Shown piece after piece: positions 17,749 to 28,517 of a stretch of DNA of 64,000 nt. The notes below the pieces were generated by a model, which ran no database searches, had not been told where the DNA came from, and worked only from the letters and a program-made list of their open reading frames with translations. A program made the position numbers and the translations under genes. The stretch is taken from the IMG/VR virus record IMGVR_UViG_3300028558_000791, positions 248,001 through 312,000 of that record, one strand, 5' to 3'. How positions within the stretch are numbered: the first letter of the stretch is position 1; each line of letters starts with the position of its first letter.

Positions 17749-20700
17749 ATGGGCTCAGAGTCACCAAATGTAATTATGTATGATGTGAATGGCGAGGTGA
17801 TGGCCGTATCTAATGGTACGGCTATTCCTGCTGGCACATCAGCATTATTACTCGCCGGTTCTGACGGAACTAATGCCCGTTATTTCTCAGTGGATTCTTC
17901 TGGCCGTCCTGTCTATGTAGGAGCTGGTACTGCCGGATCACCTTCTGGTGGAGTTCTATCTATCCAAGGTGTTTCTGGTGGTGTCGCTATGCCTATCAGC
18001 ATAACAACCGGCACTGTTGACACTACCGCTTCTGGCGCTTTAGGCGCATTAAATGCTACGGTCTCAATTGCTTTGGCTGGAACTTATGGTGTTGGTATGC
18101 AGCTTGCTGCTGGCACTTTAATTGGAACTATCGTTCCTGAAGTTTCTTTTGATGGCGGTACTACTTGGGTAGCTACATTCTTTGATGATCCAACATTGGG
18201 CAATAAAACAACTAATATTGTTTTTGCGTCTAGTAATACTGCCACTGCTCGTAGTCTTTACGTACCTGCTGGCGCCTCTAATGCACGTGTTAGAGTATCT
18301 GCTTTCACATCTGGTACAGCTAGCTGTTCTGTTCGTTCTACTCTTATTGTAGAGCCTCCTGTTTTATTCTCTGGACAAGCTACTGCTGCATTACCTCCAA
18401 CTATGATTCAAATTGGTGCGGCCGTTGCTACTTCTGCCCCAACTTATACTACTGGAACTTTAAACGCTTTATCATTAACTACGGCAGGCGCATTACGTAT
18501 TGATGGTTCTGGTGTTACTCAGCCGGTTTCTGGTACTGTTGCAGCTACGCAATCGGGTACCTGGACTGTTCAGCCGGGCAACACAGCTAATACTACTCCA
18601 TGGCTAACCACAATTAATCAAGGCGGCAATTCTGCTGCTGTAAAAGCAGCATCTACATCTGCAAATGCAACAGATCCTGCCCTTGTAGTTGCTGTTAGCC
18701 CTAATGGTACTGTAAAAGTTGTTGGAGCTACTGCTAGCGGTACCGCCGTAGTTGGTAATCCCGTTTTAATTGGTGGCCAAGATGGAACTAATGCTCGTAC
18801 TTTCTTAACAGATGCTACTGGAAGATTAATTGTTGATGGATCAAGCGTTACTCAACCAATAAGCGGAACAGTTACTGTTGGAAACTTACTAGTAGTTACC
18901 GGAAATGCAACAGATAATACTTCTAACGTTATAACCAAATTACCTGTTATGGCTGCCGTTGCAGCAACATCTGCTCCGACATGGACTAACGGAAATATGG
19001 TTCCGCTATCAGTAGATACTGCTGGTAATTTAAGAACCAATGCTAGTAACCCATCTGTTTCTGCTACTGGCTCAGCGCCACCAGCATCGGCAACATATAT
19101 TGGCGGTTCAGTAACTACTGCTGCCCCAACATATACTACTGGTCAGATGAGTGCTTTGTCACTTACAACTACCGGCGCATTAAGAATTGATGGTTCAAGC
19201 GTAACTCAACCAGTCTCTGGAACTGTAACTGCTAACGCAGGTACCGGCAATTTTAACGTTGTTGGCCCGACTGCTGTTGGAGGCACTCCAGCTACTAACC
19301 CAGTTTTATTTGCTGGTACTGACGGTTCTAATACTGTTAGAATTCTTCGTGTCACCACAGTTGGTGGTATGACTTTAGCCGCAGATCAAACTGTTGGAAG
19401 TGGTGTTCCCGCAACAGCCGTACAGGTTGGAGCTTCTGACGGAACTAATATTCAGTCTCTTAGAGTTACTACAGGAACTCCAACTGGTACTGAAAACGCT
19501 TTGATTGTTAAAAATGTTCCATCTGGAACTCAAACTATTTCCGGAACGGTAACTTCTAATCAAGGAACTGCCAACTCACTAGCTAATGCGTGGTCTACTA
19601 AGATCACAGATGCAACTAACGGTCCTGTTGCGGTTAAACCTGCCTCTACGGCTGCCGTTGCAACTGACCCTGCTCTTGTAGTTGCTATTTCTCCGAACAA
19701 CCCAATTACAACTACAAATGCAGACGTTACCGCTACTGGCGCTTTGGGAGCACTTAACGCAGCAGTTACAGTTACTATTCCAGGTAAATCTTCGGTCGGA
19801 TTTCAACTAGCGGCCGGAACTTTAATTGGAACAATTGTTGCCGAAGTTTCTATAGATGGTGGTACTACCTGGTCTTCTACATATTTTGATCAGACAACTG
19901 GAAATAAAGTTTCTAGTATCGTATTTGCCTCTTCAAACGGAGCTTTAACAAGCACCATTGTTGGAGTTGGCGGTTCTGGACAAGTACGTGTAAGAGTATC
20001 TGCTTATACTTCTGGTACGGCTAATATTACAGTTAGAGCTTCTAACATTTCTGATCCAAGTGTATTATCAGGAGGAACTGCTGGTTCAACACTGCCACCC
20101 GTTATGAATCAAATGGGCGCATCAGTAACTACTGCCGCTCCAACATATACTACCGGAACTCTTAATGCCCTATCGCTAAATACCGCAGGCGCTCTAAGAA
20201 TTGATGGTTCAGGTACCACTCAACCAATTTCTGGAACAGTTACTGTTTCTGGCTTGTCGCTACCATTTAATATCGTTGGTAATGCTGCTAATGGTGCGGC
20301 CACTTCTGGCGCTCCAGTTCTCGTGGCTGGTTATGATGGCACAAATGTTAGAACATTCCTAACTGATAGTTCTGGACGACAAGTAACTACACAGCTAGAT
20401 ACCAGTGTTACTGGAACTCTTACTGCGCTTAATACTACTGTAACAATTACTTCAAGCGGAAAATACACAATCGGTGGAACTATTACAGGAACTTGGGTAG
20501 GTACAATTACTGCTGAAGGAACTGTTGATGGAACTAACTGGTTTACCGTTCGTACGGCCAATAAATCTACTAACGACATCATTCAGAACTATACCGCTAA
20601 TGACTCCTTTGAATTTTACTCAGTTGCAGGATGCATAAGCCTTCGTCTAAGAATGTCCGCATATACTTCTGGTACTGCGACCGTTACATTGGCTGGAACT

Positions 20701-23016
20701 AATTTAGCTACCGATGCACTTCTAAATTATTCAAGTACAGAAGGTGATGCGGCTCCGCCACTTCGTTATTTGAATATGGCCACGTTAACTAACGATGGCA
20801 CTTCACATTCCCTAAGAAATACCAATGTTGCGCCAACTGGTACTGAATATGCTTTGGTTACTCGTAGTATTATGGAAGCTCCAATGGGGTCTTCCTCTTA
20901 TCCAGATCAAAGCAATATAGTAGGTTCTCCAGCCGATTTAAATGTTGATATTTATGGAAACCTTTTAGTTCGTGGTCCTGTTTTTACAGATGAGGGTAGC
21001 TTAAGAGATGACTTTACTGGTGCAGCTCTAACTACAGCTCTAACTGGAACGGTTAACTTCACAAACGCTTCTACCGCTGTAACTGGTACTGGAACTACCT
21101 TTACCACTCAGATTCGTTCTGGACAATATATTAAGAAGACTGCCGACTCTGAAACACTATATGTTCAAGTTGATTCTATTGAATCTAATACTGCTCTTAC
21201 CCTCGTATCAGCTTATGCAGGTACAACGGCAGGTGCTGCTAGCGTAGTTAGCAACTGGCAAACTGTAACTGGAACCGGTTCAACTTTCACTGTTGCAAAT
21301 TCTACATTAACTATTGCCACAGGAACTACAGCTAACGCAACTAGCTCAATTAGAAGCTTGGGAGATTATCTTCCATATAGCGCTCAATTCTATGCATCTA
21401 TTAGCCAAAGAATAGTTAACCAAACTTTCTATATGGGCTTCCAAGATATTGTTGGTCTAACTCCAAATCAACAAGCGACTGTTCAATTCTCTGGAACAAA
21501 CAATACTCAGGTTAGCTTTGTCACTTGCTTCGCTAGTACGGCATCGGATACACAGACTACTACGGCAACTATCCCTAATGGTGGAACTACCGCCACTTTA
21601 CATGTCTACAAAATTGATATTGGTCAAAACCAAGCCACTCTATCTATTGATGGTGTCGTTGTAGCAATTAATACGATACATATTCCATCACCATATACTG
21701 TATTGTATATTACTGCTGGGGAAGTTAATGGAGCTGTTGCTCCAGCAAGCAGCACTAATTTTATTGTGGATTCTATATTCTTCCAAAATGTTGACAGAAT
21801 ACAGCTTGATCATGATTTTAATGGTGAGCCAATGCCAGTTCAAGGTATTACGCCATCTGGTCAGGCAGCACAAGGAAATCCATTTACAGTTGCGGGCTCA
21901 GTAACTACTGCTGCTCCAACCTATACTACTGGAACGATAAACAATTTGTCGCTAGATACTGCTGGCAATTTGAGAATCACGGGAACTGCAACTAATCCTT
22001 CTGTTTCATCTACTGGAGCGGCACCTCCAGCTTCGGCTACTTATATGGGTGGTTCTGTTACAACAGCAGCGCCAGCTTATACTACTGGTCAGATGAGCGC
22101 TCTTTCTTTGACTACAGCGGGGTTATTGCGTATAGATGGTGTTTATCCAGTCAATGCGACCACGCCAACTACCGATATTACATTTATTGGTGGTGCCGTT
22201 ACGACAGCCGCCCCAGCATATACTACTGGACAGCTAAGCGCCCTATCTCTAACTACTGCTGGTTCATTAAGAGTAGCATCTATATCTGAAGGTGCTCCGG
22301 CCGCTACCGCTCCGACTTCTGCTACTTATGTGGCAGGCGCAGTTACAACGGCAGCTCCGGCTTATACTACAGCACAGATGAATCCACTTTCGTTAACTAC
22401 GGCTGGTGATTTAAGATCAGTCAGTAAGATTACGGATGGTACCAATACGTCTGCTGTCAAAGCGGCCTCTACGGCTGCCGTCGCTACCGACCCAGCATTG
22501 GTTGTTTCTCTTTCTCCAAACAGCCATACCAAAGCAACTATTCAACCACTATATGGTACAAGTGGACAGACCATTACTATTACTTTAGCTAGCTTAGGTA
22601 GCGCAGCAGCACGTCAGAGTACAGTCGTATCTAACACTACTAATCTATATGAAGATGCCTTGTTGTTTATTAAGATTACACCCGCTGCCGCTGGTGTTTC
22701 TGCAACTGGTTATGTTAACGTATATGCTTATGGTTCTGCAGATGGTGGAACTAACTATCCTGAAGGTGTTACTGGAACAGATGGCGCTTATACAGTATTA
22801 GGTTCGTCTAACTTAATTCTTCTAGCACAAATTAACGTAGTAGCTAATAGCACGGCCCGTTCTGTTGGTCCTATTAGCTTCTGTCGCTCTTATGGTATAG
22901 ATAGATTGCCTGCTCAGTGGGGCATTGTAGTTGTTAACAATACAGGTGCTGCTTTCAATGCTACCGCCGGTAACTTTACCGTAGTTTACCAAGGTGTAAA
23001 CGGACAGTTGGTGTAA
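17749..23016 (+). CDS. Large modular fibre/adhesin protein
   Basis: 1755 aa. Eight copies of the same repeat, three EVSxDGGTTW/RVRVSAxTSGTA beta domains, and a lectin-like region (HVYKIDI...LSIDGVVV). Confidence 0.7.
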   Translation: MGSESPNVIMYDVNGEVMAVSNGTAIPAGTSALLLAGSDGTNARYFSVDSSGRPVYVGAGTAGSPSGGVLSIQGVSGGVAMPISITTGTVDTTASGALGALNATVSIALAGTYGVGMQLAAGTLIGTIVPEVSFDGGTTWVATFFDDPTLGNKTTNIVFASSNTATARSLYVPAGASNARVRVSAFTSGTASCSVRSTLIVEPPVLFSGQATAALPPTMIQIGAAVATSAPTYTTGTLNALSLTTAGALRIDGSGVTQPVSGTVAATQSGTWTVQPGNTANTTPWLTTINQGGNSAAVKAASTSANATDPALVVAVSPNGTVKVVGATASGTAVVGNPVLIGGQDGTNARTFLTDATGRLIVDGSSVTQPISGTVTVGNLLVVTGNATDNTSNVITKLPVMAAVAATSAPTWTNGNMVPLSVDTAGNLRTNASNPSVSATGSAPPASATYIGGSVTTAAPTYTTGQMSALSLTTTGALRIDGSSVTQPVSGTVTANAGTGNFNVVGPTAVGGTPATNPVLFAGTDGSNTVRILRVTTVGGMTLAADQTVGSGVPATAVQVGASDGTNIQSLRVTTGTPTGTENALIVKNVPSGTQTISGTVTSNQGTANSLANAWSTKITDATNGPVAVKPASTAAVATDPALVVAISPNNPITTTNADVTATGALGALNAAVTVTIPGKSSVGFQLAAGTLIGTIVAEVSIDGGTTWSSTYFDQTTGNKVSSIVFASSNGALTSTIVGVGGSGQVRVRVSAYTSGTANITVRASNISDPSVLSGGTAGSTLPPVMNQMGASVTTAAPTYTTGTLNALSLNTAGALRIDGSGTTQPISGTVTVSGLSLPFNIVGNAANGAATSGAPVLVAGYDGTNVRTFLTDSSGRQVTTQLDTSVTGTLTALNTTVTITSSGKYTIGGTITGTWVGTITAEGTVDGTNWFTVRTANKSTNDIIQNYTANDSFEFYSVAGCISLRLRMSAYTSGTATVTLAGTNLATDALLNYSSTEGDAAPPLRYLNMATLTNDGTSHSLRNTNVAPTGTEYALVTRSIMEAPMGSSSYPDQSNIVGSPADLNVDIYGNLLVRGPVFTDEGSLRDDFTGAALTTALTGTVNFTNASTAVTGTGTTFTTQIRSGQYIKKTADSETLYVQVDSIESNTALTLVSAYAGTTAGAASVVSNWQTVTGTGSTFTVANSTLTIATGTTANATSSIRSLGDYLPYSAQFYASISQRIVNQTFYMGFQDIVGLTPNQQATVQFSGTNNTQVSFVTCFASTASDTQTTTATIPNGGTTATLHVYKIDIGQNQATLSIDGVVVAINTIHIPSPYTVLYITAGEVNGAVAPASSTNFIVDSIFFQNVDRIQLDHDFNGEPMPVQGITPSGQAAQGNPFTVAGSVTTAAPTYTTGTINNLSLDTAGNLRITGTATNPSVSSTGAAPPASATYMGGSVTTAAPAYTTGQMSALSLTTAGLLRIDGVYPVNATTPTTDITFIGGAVTTAAPAYTTGQLSALSLTTAGSLRVASISEGAPAATAPTSATYVAGAVTTAAPAYTTAQMNPLSLTTAGDLRSVSKITDGTNTSAVKAASTAAVATDPALVVSLSPNSHTKATIQPLYGTSGQTITITLASLGSAAARQSTVVSNTTNLYEDALLFIKITPAAAGVSATGYVNVYAYGSADGGTNYPEGVTGTDGAYTVLGSSNLILLAQINVVANSTARSVGPISFCRSYGIDRLPAQWGIVVVNNTGAAFNATAGNFTVVYQGVNGQLV

Positions 23017-23017
23017 T

Positions 23018-23686
23018 ATGTCTATCTTTATACCTAATACTACAAACAATACGGCTGTTACAAATACAGCTTATACTGGTCCGGCTACACAAATTATTAC
23101 TGTTATGTGTTGGTTTATGTTACCTACTGCCGGTACGCCAGCAGCTTATCGTGATATCATAGCTTTAGATCCTAATATATATCTACAGACATTTAATGAT
23201 GGAGCAACTATAGACTATGGTACATCTACGGCCGATCATACTGGGCAAGTTTTGCAAAGTGGTGTTTGGTATCATGCCAGTATGATAGTAATACCATCGT
23301 CAACTACCAATAGACAAATATTGGGTTATTTTAATGGTAATTTAACAACTAATGTTACTGATACGGCTACATTTTCTACCTATACTAACGTTTGTATTGG
23401 AAATAGTGTACAGTTTGCTTTTGCAAACCCTTTAGCAGGAAATGTTAGAGACTTGAGAATCTGGACTAGGCAACTTTCGCAACATGAAATTCAAAAAGAA
23501 ATCATATCTAAAGTTCCTATCCACACACAAAGTCTTTTGTTGTGGGCGCCTTTAGAAGATAACACTTATGCAGACAAGAGTGGCAATGGACATACTTTTA
23601 CGGTAGGTTCGGCTGTTACTATCCAAGGTGGAATGAACGCTGCCTCACCAACGTATATCAAAAGCAATATTGCGAGAATGTGGTAA
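23018..23686 (+). CDS. LamG/concanavalin-A-like lectin domain protein
   Basis: ITVMCWF, GVWYH, YFNG, GNVRDLRIWTRQLS, DKSGNG match the Laminin_G_3 pattern. Confidence 0.75.
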   Translation: MSIFIPNTTNNTAVTNTAYTGPATQIITVMCWFMLPTAGTPAAYRDIIALDPNIYLQTFNDGATIDYGTSTADHTGQVLQSGVWYHASMIVIPSSTTNRQILGYFNGNLTTNVTDTATFSTYTNVCIGNSVQFAFANPLAGNVRDLRIWTRQLSQHEIQKEIISKVPIHTQSLLLWAPLEDNTYADKSGNGHTFTVGSAVTIQGGMNAASPTYIKSNIARMW

Positions 23687-23693
23687 GGTACCT

Positions 23694-24995
23694 ATGGCAT
23701 TACAAATAATCATACTAAATACTAACATTCAGTCAGATGGAAGTTTTTCTGTTTCAGGAGTATTTTGGCTTACCGCTCCAGCCAATCATATCATACCGAT
23801 AATTAATATAAAAAGTCAAATTCCAAATATCACTATTGAGCAGTTATCTTTATTGCAAAACGGAACAATAGTTGAACGTCCTTTTAACACTGGACTTTAT
23901 ACTTCTAATACTACAACAGAAGATATTCAAGCAAATTTGGAGCAATTATTTGCATCCGAACAAACTAAGTTGAATAATTCCTCTATCATTTCTAATGGAT
24001 TTATTGGTAGCGTTTATGATGGTAATAGCTGGGCTCTTTCTAATGAACCAATTAATTTCCAAACTAATCAAGTTATCGTTGAGCAGCCTAAAGATTCTGC
24101 CGGCATTCCGCTTACTGTTCCAGAACCACGTAAAGGTACGGAAGTTATTTATGCTACGCATAACTTCTGCGATCAAGTAAGTTGGTTTGGAGATAGTATT
24201 AGAGTTAATGAAACACTTACTGATTCTGGAGATGGTTATCGTTTTAATAGTGCGCACGTCAATTGGATTGATATGATTTCAGGTAGAGTTCTTGATGATG
24301 ATGGATTGCGTGATGAGCAAGCATCTTTAAACCCAGAAGATCCGCATGGGTATTTAGTTGTTGTAAAAGCAGATGATGTTGTTAAAGATATGCGCGTACC
24401 ATTTGAAACAAGTGGTGGTGATTATGAAGTTTTCTGGGATGATGGATACGTAGTATTCTATGAATCTCAGGCTGGCAAAACAATTAATGCATCCTATTCT
24501 TATGCTAATGGTAGTACTTTTTATGTTAAGCCATTGCCTGGTAAAATTTTGAACATTGAAGCGGCTGAGGCCGATTTCTCAGCAGGTCTTATTCAAAATG
24601 ACACTATTGAATATGCAGTATGGGGTTTTGTAGATGCATTTGCGCCACAATTACTTGATAGTAATGGAGGGCCATATCCATCAGGAACTAAAATTCCAAT
24701 CAAAACTGGATACTACAAAAGATACACACAAATTTTGAGAGAAGCTATTGGGGCGTATCCTACTTTAACTCCTAATGCGGCAGACCCTAATCATTATCCC
24801 TTAAGTTATAAAGAGTTTAGAAGAGTTTCACGAGGAAGTAAAACCGAAACACAATCTACTCCATTTAGATATGCTACTGTTAGAGATTTACATTCAAGTA
24901 GTGGAATGGAATTGCGTGTTAGATTAATTCATAATAGAGAATTTGATGGAGAATCAGCCACTTTAACATTTTACTGCACTTCACAGGATGAATAA
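23694..24995 (+). CDS. Hypothetical virion protein
   Basis: Long ORF. ATG 23694 follows TAAGG and the previous stop (track start 23670). Confidence 0.55.
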   Translation: MALQIIILNTNIQSDGSFSVSGVFWLTAPANHIIPIINIKSQIPNITIEQLSLLQNGTIVERPFNTGLYTSNTTTEDIQANLEQLFASEQTKLNNSSIISNGFIGSVYDGNSWALSNEPINFQTNQVIVEQPKDSAGIPLTVPEPRKGTEVIYATHNFCDQVSWFGDSIRVNETLTDSGDGYRFNSAHVNWIDMISGRVLDDDGLRDEQASLNPEDPHGYLVVVKADDVVKDMRVPFETSGGDYEVFWDDGYVVFYESQAGKTINASYSYANGSTFYVKPLPGKILNIEAAEADFSAGLIQNDTIEYAVWGFVDAFAPQLLDSNGGPYPSGTKIPIKTGYYKRYTQILREAIGAYPTLTPNAADPNHYPLSYKEFRRVSRGSKTETQSTPFRYATVRDLHSSSGMELRVRLIHNREFDGESATLTFYCTSQDE

Positions 24996-24996
24996 T

Positions 24997-25857
24997 ATGA
25001 GAGCATTAGTTTTATCAGGTGGTGGAGTAAAAGGTGCTTACCAAGTTGGTGCTCTTAAGAATTTAGTACAAGAACGCGGATACTCTTACGATATTCTTTG
25101 TGGTATTTCTGTTGGTGCTTTAAACTGCTCCTTCTTAAGCTTATTCAATAAAGAACAAGAATCTGAAGCTGTCGATAAGCTATCTAATTTTTGGCAAACA
25201 ATAAATAACAATACCATTTTCAAAAGATGGTTTCCATTTGGTAGAGTTCATGCTTTATGGTTACAAAGTTTATACAATAGCCAGCCATTAATTGATTTGA
25301 TTCGTTCAGAAATAGACGTTAAGAAAGTGCGTGCTACTGAACGTAAGGTTGCGGTCGGGGCCACTTCTTTAACCACTGGTAAATTCAGAGTATTCACTCA
25401 GGATGATGATGCATTTGCTGATGGTGTTCTAGCCTCTTCATCTTTTCCTAGTGGATTGAAGCCAATTATGATTGGTGATGAGTTATACACTGATGGTGGC
25501 GTCAAACACATTACTCCATTAGCTCAAGCGATAAAACTTGGTGCAGATGAAATCGATATGGTTATTTGTTCGCCAGCCATGACAACAGCGAAGTATAATA
25601 ATGGTTCTAATACAATTACCTTAGCTTTGCGAACGATCGATTTAATGACGGATGAAATTATTACCGCTGACTTGAAGTTAGCTCAGCTATATAATAAGTT
25701 AGCTAAGCTAGATCCTTTGTCCAACAAAAAGTTTGTCAAGATTAATTTGATTAGGCCAGACCATGACTTAACAGAAGACTCTTTGAATTTTGATCATGAT
25801 TCTATTATGAGTATGATCAAACAAGGATACGAAGACGCCGTAAAAATCATAATTTAA
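24997..25857 (+). CDS. Patatin-like phospholipase 1
   Basis: LSGGGVKG, GISVG (catalytic Ser), DGG. Start MRALVLSGG matches its paralog. Confidence 0.9.
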   Translation: MRALVLSGGGVKGAYQVGALKNLVQERGYSYDILCGISVGALNCSFLSLFNKEQESEAVDKLSNFWQTINNNTIFKRWFPFGRVHALWLQSLYNSQPLIDLIRSEIDVKKVRATERKVAVGATSLTTGKFRVFTQDDDAFADGVLASSSFPSGLKPIMIGDELYTDGGVKHITPLAQAIKLGADEIDMVICSPAMTTAKYNNGSNTITLALRTIDLMTDEIITADLKLAQLYNKLAKLDPLSNKKFVKINLIRPDHDLTEDSLNFDHDSIMSMIKQGYEDAVKIII

Positions 25858-25865
25858 GAGGTAAT

Positions 25866-26726
25866 ATGAGGGCACTGGTCCTGTCCGGTGGCGGATCTAA
25901 AGGGGCGTATCAAGCAGGAGCACTCAAATACATTTTGGGTGAGAAGCGTGTTGCCTATGATGCTCTATGTGGTGTCAGCGTAGGGGCAATTAATGTTGCC
26001 TTTTTAGCCATGTATAAGTTGAGTGAAGAAACAGAATCTGCTGAGAAGCTCGTCAAAATGTGGTCTCAACTAGATAGCTCTTCAATTTACAAACGCTGGT
26101 TTCCTTTTGGACGTTGGCATGCCATTTGGAAGAATAGTTTCTTCGATAGTGCACCACTTCACAATCTTTTGAAGTCAGAGATTAGCCTCGATAAGATTAG
26201 AGAAAGCGGGAAGCAGGTCAATGTAGGCACTGTTTCTCTTAGCTCGGGTAAATATACCATTTTTGATCAGACATCAGACCATTTTATTGATGCTGTCATT
26301 GCTTCAGCTTCGTTCCCCGGTATGTTAACGCCTGTTAATTTTCTAGGTCAGATATGGACTGATGGTGGAGTTAAAGAGATTTCACCCATCAAGAAGGCCG
26401 TAGAGCTGGGTGCTGACATTATTGATATCATCATCACTAGCCCAATGGCCAGAATTAAGAAATTCATTGAGAATCCAACGACGGTTGATATTCTTAAGCG
26501 TAGTATAGACCTATCTACTGATAAAATCATGGCAAACGATATTGAAAAGGTAGAAATGTATAATCTACTTGCTCAGAATGGCCTTTCTCATAAGAAATTC
26601 GTTAAGCTCAATATCATTAGACCGGAAAACAATTTGATTGAAGATCTTTTGGATTTTAGACCCGAGAAAATACAGGAAATGATGGAAAAGGGCTACAAAG
26701 ATGCGGTTACCAATTACATAATGTAA
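25866..26726 (+). CDS. Patatin-like phospholipase 2
   Basis: LSGGGSKG, GVSVG, DGG. SD GAGG. Confidence 0.9.
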   Translation: MRALVLSGGGSKGAYQAGALKYILGEKRVAYDALCGVSVGAINVAFLAMYKLSEETESAEKLVKMWSQLDSSSIYKRWFPFGRWHAIWKNSFFDSAPLHNLLKSEISLDKIRESGKQVNVGTVSLSSGKYTIFDQTSDHFIDAVIASASFPGMLTPVNFLGQIWTDGGVKEISPIKKAVELGADIIDIIITSPMARIKKFIENPTTVDILKRSIDLSTDKIMANDIEKVEMYNLLAQNGLSHKKFVKLNIIRPENNLIEDLLDFRPEKIQEMMEKGYKDAVTNYIM

Positions 26727-26755
26727 TAATTCTGTATAGTAGGAGAGGTATATCC

Positions 26756-27097
26756 ATGGGTTTTCCTAACGACCGCTCAAATAATCCGCTCGCACCCATT
26801 ACTTGGGGCAAAAGCTTCAATTTTTTCAAGAGTGTTACTCCAGGTTCTGCTACACCAGGTACTTTTGTAACCAATTGTGATGTGGTCATTACATTTCCTA
26901 CTTATACTGTAATGTTCTGGGTTCCAGCCGCCGCTACTAACATCCAATACTCTTTTGACGGAAGTACTGTTCATGGAATTCTTGATGGTAGCTTAGCTAC
27001 TGGTCCAAGAGAGTTAACTTTCCAAAATAGACCAATTAGCAAGATTTGGTTTTCTGGAACTGGTACGGTTCGTGTAGAGGCTTGGGGACTTAGATAA
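26756..27097 (+). CDS. Small beta-rich putative virion protein
   Basis: 113 aa, SD AGGAGAGG, IQYSFDG...VRVEAW. Confidence 0.55.
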   Translation: MGFPNDRSNNPLAPITWGKSFNFFKSVTPGSATPGTFVTNCDVVITFPTYTVMFWVPAAATNIQYSFDGSTVHGILDGSLATGPRELTFQNRPISKIWFSGTGTVRVEAWGLR

Positions 27098-27106
27098 GGG
27101 GCGATA

Positions 27107-27472
27107 ATGTCAACTGTACTGTCGCATATGCCGGGCCAAACGGTCACCATAGTTCAGCAAGTTCTTAACTCTGACGGTTACAGAGCCGACGGCTATTCTC
27201 CTTATGGTTTTGGAGACCCAGTCATTGCCAGAATAGTTTATCCTGACTTATCATTAGCTGTTGGTTATCCGGCTGCCATGAATAAATTAGATGTTGGTCT
27301 TTTTTACTACTCATTTATATTGCCTACTGGAGCTGCCGCTGTTGGAACTTACATAGTAGACTTATACTGGTATCATCCAACTACATTACAACTACAACAA
27401 GATACTGTCTTGGTTGTTGTTACAGCGCCATTCGGAATCTATAGCGTAACTGTACCCTCGGTGCCACACTAA
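27107..27472 (+). CDS. Ig-like putative virion protein
   Basis: 121 aa. Resembles the N-domain of 30099..30998 ([10 protein letters not shown] vs GQYSFIFTVP). Confidence 0.5.
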   Translation: MSTVLSHMPGQTVTIVQQVLNSDGYRADGYSPYGFGDPVIARIVYPDLSLAVGYPAAMNKLDVGLFYYSFILPTGAAAVGTYIVDLYWYHPTTLQLQQDTVLVVVTAPFGIYSVTVPSVPH

Positions 27473-28185
27473 TGTCACAAATTCTACCTCCACTTATCCT
27501 GCCAACCCATGGTCCTGGTACTCCAACCAATCCTAATATAGGCCCACAAGGCCCAGTTGGCCCTATTGGTCCAGAAGGTCCACCAGGCCCTCCGGGTACT
27601 GATGGTGCTGACGGTGTTGATGGTACACCTGGAATTGATGGGGCACAGGGTGATGTCGGACCGCAGGGACCGACCGGAAACCAAGGGCCGCAAGGTGATG
27701 TTGGTCCGCAGGGACCACCTGGTACACCAGCAACTAGTGATCCAAATATTATGCATGGATACATGGCCGCACAAACCACGGACTTAGGACCAAACCAACA
27801 TCTTAAGTTTGATAGTTTGTATTTTCAAGTGGGCGGAAATATATCTTTAGATGCTTCTTCTGCATATACAACTGTATTTGGTCAGCCTAGTATTGGTCGT
27901 ATAACATTAGCCCCTAACCATACCTATAAAATGACTTTCAACCCCAATCGACTTGGTGGTTCTGGCGATATTACTTTTTGTTGGAGCAAAGCGGATACTA
28001 TTTCCGGTTCTCAACTTGGGCTTCAAACAAATGTACAAACCACAGGATCTTGTGGTGATGTTATAGCTTTCTATCAAACGGGCAGTTCGCCAGGTTTAAT
28101 ACAGCTCCTTATTACTGGAAATAATGGTGTCGATAATATTGGCGGCGATTATTTGCCATGGTTTTGTGTGGAGCAAATTGCATAA
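27472..28185 (+). CDS. Collagen-like fibre protein with C-terminal globular (C1q/TNF-like) domain
   Basis: About 20 uninterrupted G-X-Y triplets ([15 protein letters not shown]...) followed by a beta-rich domain. Confidence 0.8.
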   Translation: MSQILPPLILPTHGPGTPTNPNIGPQGPVGPIGPEGPPGPPGTDGADGVDGTPGIDGAQGDVGPQGPTGNQGPQGDVGPQGPPGTPATSDPNIMHGYMAAQTTDLGPNQHLKFDSLYFQVGGNISLDASSAYTTVFGQPSIGRITLAPNHTYKMTFNPNRLGGSGDITFCWSKADTISGSQLGLQTNVQTTGSCGDVIAFYQTGSSPGLIQLLITGNNGVDNIGGDYLPWFCVEQIA

Positions 28186-28199
28186 ATAACGAGTAGATA

Positions 28200-28517
28200 A
28201 TGAGTAAGCTAGTTAAGAATAAATGTGAAATCGAATCGTGCAATGTTACCGATCCTAAGCTACTAGAATTGCATCATATTATAGAAAGAACCGAGTTGAA
28301 CACAACTAACCATGATTTCAATCTGGCAATTCTATGTGCTAATTGTCATGGTTTGACCCATACGGGTCGACTTAAAATTATAGGCGTTTATCCATCCACG
28401 CAATTGCCAAACGGCCGCACTCTTATTTATGAGCTAGATGGAAAGAGAAACATTGAAGGCATCGATAAGCCTTATGTAGAATTCAAGAACAAGTCTTTCA
28501 AAATTGGAGTGGTATAA
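28200..28517 (+). CDS. HNH endonuclease
   Basis: CEIESC...LELHHI...NLAILCANCHGLTH. Confidence 0.85.
   Translation: MSKLVKNKCEIESCNVTDPKLLELHHIIERTELNTTNHDFNLAILCANCHGLTHTGRLKIIGVYPSTQLPNGRTLIYELDGKRNIEGIDKPYVEFKNKSFKIGVV

Noticed and set aside
15998-23016. CRISPR array or diversity-generating retroelement repeats
   Set aside because: The repeats are in-frame protein repeats with synonymous divergence. There are no identical spaced DNA repeats, no adenine-specific TR/VR pair, and no reverse transcriptase.
24997-26726. CBASS operon (CapV effectors)
   Set aside because: No CD-NTase or Cap2/Cap3 genes are adjacent, and the patatins are embedded in a structural operon.
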